Source: an uncultured Spirochaetota bacterium (GTDB taxonomy: Bacteria > Spirochaetota > Spirochaetia > SZUA-6 > Fen-1364). Taken from it: DNA of 64,000 nucleotides. The notes beneath the pieces are model-generated. The model was not told the DNA's origin. It did not search any database and saw only the letters and a program-made list of their open reading frames with translations. The stretch is taken from assembly GCA_963734545.1 (NCBI GenBank), contig CAVTHO010000004.1, forward strand, positions 512,001-576,000. The letters run 5' to 3'. Of this stretch, positions 11,242-18,732 are shown piece by piece (the first letter of the stretch is position 1; the number at the start of each line of letters is the position of its first letter). The position numbers and the translations under genes were made by a program.

Positions 11242-12268
11242 TATTGCGAAAAATGCAGTATGGTGCTGTTTTTCTAGGCATACAAAGGTGGACACGTGGC
11301 CGGTCGGGCTGGCAGTGTCGGGCGCCGATGTCTACGTCGTAGGGAAGTTTGTGACGGGAGCAAACTATTCGGCATGCTCCTGGAACGGACCCAGCCTGGC
11401 AGATCTCAGCGGAGGGGTGCCTATCCCTGGGGCAATTGCCACCTCCCTCTACGTTTCCGGCCACGACGTTTATAGAGCGGGTTGGTGCTGGGATGGCTCC
11501 CGGGAGGTCGCCTGCTATTGGAAGAACGGGCTCAGGACGGATCTTGGTGACGGGGTCAACCGCTCGTACGCTAATTCGATTTTTGTTTCCGATGACACCA
11601 TCTACGTCGCAGGCTACTACTCAACCGGATCGACGCGTGTTGCCTGCTGCTGGACGAACAATGTGAAGCGCGATTTGCCCGGAGGAACTCCGCCTCTCGG
11701 CTCCGTTGCCACCTCGACCTGCGTCGTTGACGGCGCGGTGTACGTGGCCGGGCAATGTACAGATGATCACACAACTTTTCCGTGCTACTGGAAAGACGGC
11801 GCCAGGATCAACCTGCCCGGTGAAGGAGATGACCTGGATCAAATCTGCGCCAATTCCATCTTCGTATCCGGCTCTACAGTCTATGCGGCAGGGTGCAGCT
11901 ATGGGGATGCAAACCAATTGCTCGTTGCGTGCACCTGGACGGATGGACTGAGAACCACCCTCCCGAACGGGATAACCGCAAACTCCGTCTACGTATTTGA
12001 CGGTACGGTTTACGCGGCCGGACGTGTAAACGATTGGGGGGGAGACGCTGCATGCTATTGGAGAGGAACTGCGCGGACGCTCTTGTCGGTCGGACCGAGC
12101 CGCGAAGCCACCTCGATCCAGGTCGTGGACGGAGACATCTGTATTGCGGGGTGGTGCACCAACGAGATCAAGAGGATCGCGTGCTACTGGAAAAACGACG
12201 TGAGAACAGATCTTCCCGAGCCGAGCATACAGATCGGGGCCGTCGCCAACGCCATTTTTGTGAAGTGA
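11156..12268 (+). CDS. Seven-bladed beta-propeller-like repeat protein (true start uncertain, possibly 5'-truncated)
   Basis: Seven repeats of A(N/T)S(I/L)xVsGxxVYxAG...aCYWknG.RtdL plus a final closing strand ANAIFVK. No signal peptide is visible. Confidence 0.75.
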   Translation: MMTSSSTAPRRSDGPGGMRLERSTPRKDNIAKNAVWCCFSRHTKVDTWPVGLAVSGADVYVVGKFVTGANYSACSWNGPSLADLSGGVPIPGAIATSLYVSGHDVYRAGWCWDGSREVACYWKNGLRTDLGDGVNRSYANSIFVSDDTIYVAGYYSTGSTRVACCWTNNVKRDLPGGTPPLGSVATSTCVVDGAVYVAGQCTDDHTTFPCYWKDGARINLPGEGDDLDQICANSIFVSGSTVYAAGCSYGDANQLLVACTWTDGLRTTLPNGITANSVYVFDGTVYAAGRVNDWGGDAACYWRGTARTLLSVGPSREATSIQVVDGDICIAGWCTNEIKRIACYWKNDVRTDLPEPSIQIGAVANAIFVK

Positions 12269-12390
12269 ACTGGCGGCCAGCGCATGGCCATTCGCAGGTC
12301 TCACCGATCGACCCGTCCAGCGGAGGCTTCTCAACCGCTGACTTCGGCCGCGCCGCTGGCCGCGGCGATCTCTGCCATGCGGATTGCGTA

Positions 12391-12655
12391 ATGGGTGCAA
12401 CCTGCGGTAAACAGGCAGTAAACCCGCCCAGGTATTGACCCCTCCCCTCCTTCCCGGCACGATGACGTCACTTGATGCAAGGCCGGAAATCGTTTCACGA
12501 CACCCAGACCGCCATCCGCTCCGCCGCCGCCCTCATCCGCGGCGCCGCGTACCTCACCGCCTTCACGGGCGCGGGCATCAGCGTGGAGAGCGGCATCCCG
12601 CCCTTCCGCGGCGCCGGCGGGCTGTGGGACCGATATGACCCGCGCACCCTGGAGA
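12391..12655 (+). repeat. Copy 2 of the promoter + sirtuin-5' module (short, diverged; sirtuin fragment from 12472)
   Basis: ATGGGTGCAACC at 12391 and TTGACC-N17-CACGAT at 12435-12463. Encodes [44 protein letters not shown], then homology stops. Confidence 0.93.
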
Positions 12656-12917
12656 GACGGAAATATCGTGCTCGTAGATCGGAAGGCCCGCCGGCCGATG
12701 GTTGCGCGCGGCGGAAAGGACGTGATGGTAGCCAGGTGAGAAGTCTGTCTGCGGCATGGCTGCCCGGTCACCAGGGCTCGTGCCGACCAAGGTCTTTCCT
12801 TCAGAGCGTGAGAGGTCCATCGAGTACTGAGGTCGGCCGATCACCCACGAACTTCTGCTTGACTTCCGGCCGGCGTAGGTCAAAACTCAGATAGTCCGAA
12901 CGCGAAGGAGGTGATCC

Positions 12918-13547
12918 ATGGTTCAACCTTTTCAATCAGCGGGACCGGGGCTCGGAAAGAAACACCTGGTCGTCGCGGTGTTGCTTGGCGTTGGATTGTT
13001 GGCGGGAGCTGAAGGACTGACGAGCGGCATGGGATTCCGAGGTGGGGCAGGCGCCGACATTACATTTAGCGGTGTCGCTGCGGGAGCCGGTATCAACAAG
13101 CTCTTCCTTGACCAGCTCGAAGTCGGCCTCGTCTTCTACTACGGCAACTTCCAGGAGAAATCCGACAACGGCGTCAACACGTACACCGACAAGACCCAGG
13201 TCATCGCGTTGGCGGCCCAACTGAACTACCTGTACGGATACAGCCGGGACAAGGGAGGACTCTATCTGGTCGCGGGCGTGGGACTTGCGTATCTCGGGAT
13301 AAACTGGGAAGAGAGCAGCCCTACTGATACAAGCCTCGGAACGCCTCTTCCGGGCGGGGGCAGCAAGCAGACATTCGACGGAAGCGTGGGAGGAACTATC
13401 CTGACGCTGGGGGCTGGCTACTCTGTTGGCGGTGGGCTGGATGTTCGTCTCGAGGTTCCGCTCGTCATCACGTTCTCTCCAGCAGGAGGGGCCTCGACGA
13501 TCATTCCGCTGTTCACGCTCACCGCCGGATACCGCCTCGGCCCATAG
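12918..13547 (+). CDS. Outer-membrane beta-barrel protein (8-strand OmpW/porin-like)
   Basis: AAGGAGGT RBS, hydrophobic signal segment, alternating amphipathic strands (LEVGLVFYYG, LYLVAGVGLAY, LTLGAGY, FTLTAGYRL). Confidence 0.75.
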   Translation: MVQPFQSAGPGLGKKHLVVAVLLGVGLLAGAEGLTSGMGFRGGAGADITFSGVAAGAGINKLFLDQLEVGLVFYYGNFQEKSDNGVNTYTDKTQVIALAAQLNYLYGYSRDKGGLYLVAGVGLAYLGINWEESSPTDTSLGTPLPGGGSKQTFDGSVGGTILTLGAGYSVGGGLDVRLEVPLVITFSPAGGASTIIPLFTLTAGYRLGP

Positions 13548-13555
13548 CCGGACCG

Positions 13556-13804
13556 CTAGTGCGTCAGCCGGGCCATGTGTCCGGGGCTACGGCCGGCGTC
13601 GTGACGCTCGTGAATGTGTACGTTCGGCCCACGCCTTCGCACATTCATTTCGAGATAGCGGTACAGGGCGAGGAGCTCGGGACCGCCTGATATCTCACCC
13701 ACTGTCCGCATGACGATCCTGCCCAACGAAGCCGCGTCGCTTGAGCCGATGAGCCGTCCAAGGAGGGCGCGGATGTCGGCCTCTAGGTTCTCCAGCATCC
13801 CCAT
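13556..13804 (-). other. Possible short or truncated gene divergent from the intact sirtuin
   Basis: Its ATG (13804) sits exactly at the left edge of repeat copy 3. The N-part MGMLENLEADIRALL looks helical; no family recognised. Confidence 0.3.
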
Positions 13805-14368
13805 GGGTGTACCCATCGGTAGATAAGCAGGCACATCTACCTAGCTATTGACCCCTCCCCTGCTTCCCGGCACCATGCTGTCACTTGATGAAGAGGCCTG
13901 AGCCTTTCTCCAATGCCCATGATGCGGTTCGCTCGGCCGCCGCGCTGATCCGTTCCTCCCGATACCTTACCGCCTTCACCGGCGCGGGGATCAGCGTGGA
14001 AAGCGGCATCCCGCCCTTCCGCGGCGCAGGCGGGCTGTGGGACCGCTATGACCCGCGCACCCTGGAGATCGAGTTCTTCCTCCGGCACCCCGAGCAGGCC
14101 TGGCCGGTGATCAGGGAAATCTTCTATGACAACTTCGGCAGGGCGCGGCCCAATGCGGCGCACGAGGTGCTGGCCGCCTGGGAAGCGCGGGGCCTGTTGA
14201 AGTGCCTCATCACGCAGAACATCGACAACCTGCACTACTCGGCAGGCAGCAGGAATATCGTCGAGTTCCACGGCAACTCCCGCCTGCTCGTATGCCTGTC
14301 CTGCGGCGCGCGCGTGGAGGCGCACCCCGACCTCTTGAAGAGTCTCCCGCCCCGTTGTTCCTGCGGCG
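13803..14368 (+). repeat. Copy 3 of the module (belongs to the intact sirtuin gene)
   Basis: ATGGGTGTACCCAT palindrome, GGTAGAT-N10-ATCTACC inverted repeat, TTGACC-N17-CACCAT. Confidence 0.95.
13848..13876 (+). promoter_or_regulatory. Putative sigma70-type promoter of the cobB-ltaE operon
   Basis: TTGACC-N17-CACCAT, conserved in all three copies; the start codon is 8-11 nt downstream. Confidence 0.6.
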
Positions 14369-14652
14369 GCATCTACAAGCCGGATTTCATCTTCTTCGGC
14401 GAGGGAATCCCCGCCGACGCCCACGCGCGGTCCCAGGAGGCCGCGGGCCGCACGGACGTGATGCTCGTGGTCGGCTCCACCGGTGAGGTCTACCCCGCCG
14501 CCCTTGTGCCGCGGAGGGCGTCGGAGGCAGGGGCAAAGATCATCGAGGTCAATCCCGAGCCTTCCGAGTTCACGAGCGCGATCACCGACATCCACATCCC
14601 GCTGAAGGCAGGAGTGGCCTTCGGACTGCTGGAGGAGGAACTGCACCTATGA
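13885..14652 (+). CDS. cobB: NAD-dependent protein deacylase, sirtuin family
   Basis: Complete motif set: [58 protein letters not shown]. Confidence 0.95.
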   Translation: MMKRPEPFSNAHDAVRSAAALIRSSRYLTAFTGAGISVESGIPPFRGAGGLWDRYDPRTLEIEFFLRHPEQAWPVIREIFYDNFGRARPNAAHEVLAAWEARGLLKCLITQNIDNLHYSAGSRNIVEFHGNSRLLVCLSCGARVEAHPDLLKSLPPRCSCGGIYKPDFIFFGEGIPADAHARSQEAAGRTDVMLVVGSTGEVYPAALVPRRASEAGAKIIEVNPEPSEFTSAITDIHIPLKAGVAFGLLEEELHL

Positions 14653-15674
14653 AGACGTATGACCTGCGCAGCGACACGGTGACCCGGCCCGGACCCGGAA
14701 TGCGGAAGGCAATGGCAGAGGCCGAAGTGGGAGACGATGTCTACGCGGAGGACCCCACGGTCAACAGGCTGCAGGAGGCCGCGGCCGAGGTGACGGGCAA
14801 GGAGGCGGCGCTCTTTGTCTCCTCGGGCTCGATGGGAAACCTGATTCCCATTTATCTGAATTGCGGCAGGGGCAATGAGCTCCTCATCGAATCCCACGGA
14901 CACAGCGTGCAGCATGAGCTTGCCGGCATCACCGCCGTGGCAGGCAGCCTGCCCATCATGATCCCCGCAGCCAGGGGAATTCTGGAACCGGCGCTGCTCG
15001 AGCCGTGGATCCAGCCGGACATCTACTACTGCGCCCGCACCCGGATGATCGTGCTGGAGAACACGCACAACTCCGCGGGCGGGACCTTCTATCCGCTCGC
15101 CACTTTGCAGGCGGTCGGGGAGTTCGCCCGCAGGAAAGGGCTCGCCCTGCACATCGACGGCGCGCGGCTCTTCAATGCGGTGGCCGCTTCCGGCGTGCAG
15201 GCCCGCACGATCTGCGCGGAGGCCGATACCGTCACGTTCTGCCTGTCCAAGGGGCTGGGCGCGCCCGTAGGCGCCGTGCTGTGCGGAAAAAAGGACTTCA
15301 TCGCGGAAGCGCGCAGGGTGCGCAAGATGCTGGGCGGTGGAATGCGGCAGGCGGGAATCATCGCCGCGGCAGGCGTGTACGCGCTTGCCCACAACATCGA
15401 GCGGCTCTCCGAGGATCACGAAAATGCAAAGGTGATTGCCCGGGCCCTTGCCGGTACCACGTGGGCCAGGCTCGACCCGATGGACGTCGTCACGAACATC
15501 ATCTATTTCCGCACTCCGGGCAGGAACGCCGCCACCGTTGTGGATGCTCTGGCCCGGCAGGGAATCCTTTCCGGCGCATCCGCCGCGGACCAGGTACGGT
15601 TCGTCACGCACATCGACGTTTCAAAGGACGATGCCCGGGAGATCGCGCGCATCGTGGAAAAAGCCCGAATCTGA
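14649..15674 (+). CDS. ltaE: Low-specificity L-threonine aldolase
   Basis: DLRSDTVTRP, GDDVYAEDPTV, ENTHN, HIDGARLFNA, CLSKGLGAPVG, GGGMRQAG; ATGA overlap with cobB. Confidence 0.95.
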   Translation: MKTYDLRSDTVTRPGPGMRKAMAEAEVGDDVYAEDPTVNRLQEAAAEVTGKEAALFVSSGSMGNLIPIYLNCGRGNELLIESHGHSVQHELAGITAVAGSLPIMIPAARGILEPALLEPWIQPDIYYCARTRMIVLENTHNSAGGTFYPLATLQAVGEFARRKGLALHIDGARLFNAVAASGVQARTICAEADTVTFCLSKGLGAPVGAVLCGKKDFIAEARRVRKMLGGGMRQAGIIAAAGVYALAHNIERLSEDHENAKVIARALAGTTWARLDPMDVVTNIIYFRTPGRNAATVVDALARQGILSGASAADQVRFVTHIDVSKDDAREIARIVEKARI

Positions 15675-15691
15675 CGTCGCCCGGTTTTTTC

Positions 15692-15749
15692 TTGACCGCC
15701 CGCCGCACTTTTTGTATTTTACCGCAAGGTGAATTAACCGTATGGTAAA
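15692..15749 (+). promoter_or_regulatory. Promoter with two tandem palindromic operators for the ArsR-SRPBCC-MFS operon
   Basis: TTGACC-N17-TATTTT (15692-15720); TTTACC-N4-GGTGAA (15718-15733) and TTAACC-N4-GGTAAA (15734-15749), the latter overlapping the ATG. Confidence 0.65.
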
Positions 15750-16107
15750 GAGAGAAACAAAACCCGATCGCCTCAGCCTGACATTCGCTGCCCTGGCTGA
15801 TCCGACACGCCGCAGGATCCTTGCTTCCCTCGCCTCGGGGGAGGCGTCCGTCTGTGAGCTGGCCGAGCCATTTGCCATGACCCTGCCGGCCGTCACCAAG
15901 CACCTCAAGGTCCTGGAACGCGCCGGCTTGATTACGCGCCGTCGGGAGGCGCAGTGGCGGCCCTGTCAGCTTCGGGCGGGACCGCTCAAGGATGCCGACG
16001 AGTGGATCCGGCACTACAGCAGGTTCTGGGCGGAGAGTCTCGATCGCCTGGACGGCTATTTGAAAGAGCTGAGACTGAAGGAGGAGAAGCATGGCCGCGG
16101 GAAATAG
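15742..16107 (+). CDS. ArsR/SmtB-family transcriptional repressor
   Basis: FAALADPTRRRIL, AVTKHLKVLERAGLI. Confidence 0.93.
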   Translation: MVKRETKPDRLSLTFAALADPTRRRILASLASGEASVCELAEPFAMTLPAVTKHLKVLERAGLITRRREAQWRPCQLRAGPLKDADEWIRHYSRFWAESLDRLDGYLKELRLKEEKHGRGK

Positions 16108-16594
16108 CTCCCGGACACGGGCGACGGACCGGGAGATCGTCGTCACGCGAGTTTTCGACGCGCCGCGGTCCCTCGTCTTCAAGGCCTGGACCGACCCGAA
16201 GCACCTGGTGCGGTGGTGGGCACCGAAGGGCTGGACAACCCCGTTCTGCAAGGCGGATCCCCGCAAAGGCGGCAAGTTTCACTTCTGCATGCGGTCGCCC
16301 GAGGGCAGGGACATCTGGGGCATAGGCATCTATCAGGAAATCGTCGAGCCCGAACGGATCGTCTACACGGACGCCTTTGCGGATGCGCAGGGCAACCCGG
16401 TTCCGCCTTCGCACTACGGCATGAGCCCGGGCCACCCGGCCGAGACCGTGGTGACGGTGACCTTCGTGGAACGCGAAGGCAGGACCGAGCTCACCCTGCG
16501 GCATGCCATGGCCATCGGCGTCGAGGAGCGCGAAGGGACCCGGCAGGGTTGGACCGAGATGCTCGACCGGCTGGCCGGCTTTCTGGCCGGTTGA
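16091..16594 (+). CDS. SRPBCC/AHSA1-domain ligand-binding protein
   Basis: TRVFDAPRSLVFKAWTDP, WWAPKG, EPERIVYT, GWTEMLDRL. Confidence 0.92.
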   Translation: MAAGNSSRTRATDREIVVTRVFDAPRSLVFKAWTDPKHLVRWWAPKGWTTPFCKADPRKGGKFHFCMRSPEGRDIWGIGIYQEIVEPERIVYTDAFADAQGNPVPPSHYGMSPGHPAETVVTVTFVEREGRTELTLRHAMAIGVEEREGTRQGWTEMLDRLAGFLAG

Positions 16595-16658
16595 CGTGTC
16601 GATTCCGGCCCGGCCCGTTCGACAGAGAGATAGAGAGAGTAAAGGAAGGAGACAGTCT

Positions 16659-18050
16659 TTGAGTGAGCAGAATACCCGGAGCATGAAGAACATCGTGCCC
16701 TGGATCATATACCTGATATTCTTTGCGGTTCTGAATGAGACGGTGTTCAACGTCTCGACGCCCATGATCGCCCGGCAATTCTCGCTGACCCCTTCCGGTG
16801 TCAGCTGGATGATGACGATATTCATGGTCTTTTTCGGAGTCGGCTCGGTCATCTACGGAAAGCTGTCCGACCTGTACAGCCTGCGGCGGCTCATCATCAT
16901 CGGGATCGTCATCTACAACACAGGATCGATCCTGGGTTTTGCGCTGCGGTTTTCCTACCCCCTGGTCGTGGCGGCCCGCGCCATTCAGGGAATCGGAGCT
17001 TCGGCAATCCCCGCGCTGATCTTCGTGGTGGTGGCACGGTATTTCGCGGATTCGGAGCGCGGAAAGATTTTCGGCCTCATCATGTCCACGGTTTCCTTCG
17101 GGATAGGCCTGGGCCCCGTGGTCGGGGGTTTCGTGGCCAGCCAGCTCCACTGGTCCTATCTGTTCCTGATTCCCGTGCTCATCCTGATCTCGATTCCCCC
17201 CCTCGTCCGGATACTGCCCGAGGAGCCGCGCCGGGAGGGCACGGTGGACCTGCCGGGAGCGGTCCTGGTGGCCCTGACCGTGGGGGCCCTGGTGGTCTAT
17301 CTGAACTTCAGCAAATGGTACTACCTGGCGGGCTTCCTCGTCGTGCTCGGCCTCTTCATTCTCCGGACGCTGACGGCAACCGATCCCTTCATCAAGCCGT
17401 CCCTGTTCAGGAACACGAAGTTCCGCAATGGGGTCATCGTCGGATTCTGCCTGTTCTCGATCGTCATCGGAATCTTCTTTCTCATTCCCCTGATGCTCAA
17501 CGATGTCTACGGCCTGGACACCAGCAAGATCGGCTTGATCCTGTTTCCCGGCGCAATCAGCTCCGTGATCTTCGGCCCGATCGCGGGCACCATGGCTGAC
17601 CGCAAGGGCAACAGCTTCGTGGTGGCCATCGGACTGGCGCTCCTCGTGGCCAGCATGGTCCTCATGTTCTTCCTCCTCAGCGTGTCGGCCCTGTTCGTGG
17701 CGCTGGCCATGCTCCTAACGTACGTCGGTTTCTCCCTTTTCCAGACCGCCATGATCAACAGCGTTTCTCAGACCCTCTCCGGCCAGGAGGTGGGCGTGGG
17801 CATGGGTCTGTTCAATCTCGTCGGCATCATCTCGGGTGCCGTGGGCGCGGCGATTGTCGGGAAAATCCTCGACCGCGGGTGGCTCGAAATTTCCATTCTG
17901 CACATCGCCTCGATCTCGAAAGGCTATTCGTACAGCAACCTGATGATCGTGTTCGCCCTTGTCGTGATATTCGGCGGCGTGCTTTATCTCCGCAGCTATC
18001 GCGGCATGAGCGGCATTGCGCCCCTGAAGAGCGAGGCTTCAGAATCGTGA
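16659..18050 (+). CDS. 14-TMS MFS efflux transporter, Tet(L)/Tet(K)-like DHA2 family
   Basis: FFAVLNETVFNVSTPMIA, YGKLSD, ARAIQGIGASAIPAL, GLGPVVGG. Start is TTG 16659 after AAGGA, or ATG 16683. Confidence 0.85.
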   Translation: MSEQNTRSMKNIVPWIIYLIFFAVLNETVFNVSTPMIARQFSLTPSGVSWMMTIFMVFFGVGSVIYGKLSDLYSLRRLIIIGIVIYNTGSILGFALRFSYPLVVAARAIQGIGASAIPALIFVVVARYFADSERGKIFGLIMSTVSFGIGLGPVVGGFVASQLHWSYLFLIPVLILISIPPLVRILPEEPRREGTVDLPGAVLVALTVGALVVYLNFSKWYYLAGFLVVLGLFILRTLTATDPFIKPSLFRNTKFRNGVIVGFCLFSIVIGIFFLIPLMLNDVYGLDTSKIGLILFPGAISSVIFGPIAGTMADRKGNSFVVAIGLALLVASMVLMFFLLSVSALFVALAMLLTYVGFSLFQTAMINSVSQTLSGQEVGVGMGLFNLVGIISGAVGAAIVGKILDRGWLEISILHIASISKGYSYSNLMIVFALVVIFGGVLYLRSYRGMSGIAPLKSEASES

Positions 18051-18125
18051 CGGAAGGGCTTCAGGTCCGCGCCGATTGGCGCTGCCTCGATGATCGGCCT
18101 GCCTCCGTTCCTCCCGGCGCCGTGA

Positions 18126-18674
18126 TCAGAAACGGGCCGCGAGGGCGGGGCCGAATTGCAGGAGGACCGCGGTCAGGATCCAGCCGAGAATGATCCCGGC
18201 AATGACGTCGGAAACGTAGTGGATGCCGATGGCCACTCTCGAGATGACCATGAACGGGCTCCACAGGAGGATGGCGACAAACGCGGTCAGCGGGCCGAGC
18301 TGCCACGCGATGAGGCAGAGCATGGTGGCGCGGGCGGCGTGCCCCGACGGGAATGAATACGGGTCGGCCTTGCGGTAGATCATGCCGGACCCTCCCGGTG
18401 GACGCGGACGGCGGAAGATCATCTTGACCGCGATGACGACAATTTCGGCAAGCACGAGCCCGGCGAACGCCACGATGGCCCGGGACTTCCAGAGGGAATC
18501 CCCCAGGAGCCACGCGGCAGCCACGAGCCCCACCCATACTGGGCCGTCTCCGGAATGTGCGAGCCCGAGCGCGAAGAATCGGAGGACCCTGCGCTGCCGC
18601 GGCAATGTGAACAGCCCGGTCAGAGCCTGGTCGATCGTCTGGAGCCTCGCCCACAGGCCTGCCGCGCGTTCCAT
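18126..18674 (-). CDS. PAP2-family membrane phosphatase
   Basis: KMIFRRPRP, SFPSGHA, SRVAIGIHYVSDV. Confidence 0.93.
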   Translation of the reverse strand: MERAAGLWARLQTIDQALTGLFTLPRQRRVLRFFALGLAHSGDGPVWVGLVAAAWLLGDSLWKSRAIVAFAGLVLAEIVVIAVKMIFRRPRPPGGSGMIYRKADPYSFPSGHAARATMLCLIAWQLGPLTAFVAILLWSPFMVISRVAIGIHYVSDVIAGIILGWILTAVLLQFGPALAARF

Positions 18675-18732
18675 GACGATGTGTGTACCCGATTTGCTTG
18701 ACTTTGCCTACCCTGCCCGTTAGCATCGGGGC

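Noticed and set aside
10577-14368. Repeats as a plain assembly duplication, CRISPR array or integron
   Set aside because: The copies have different N-termini and many synonymous differences; there is no short repeat-spacer periodicity, cas gene, intI or clear attC site. A strain-chimeric assembly still needs excluding with reads.
10660-14652. Sirtuins as an anti-phage SIR2 system (Thoeris, DSR, pAgo-linked)
   Set aside because: The protein is a canonical Zn-binding deacylase coupled to ltaE, with no TIR, SLOG, HerA or Argonaute partner.
16623-16652. GA-rich tract before the MFS gene
   Set aside because: Short, imperfect and merges into the RBS; insufficient evidence for a contingency repeat.
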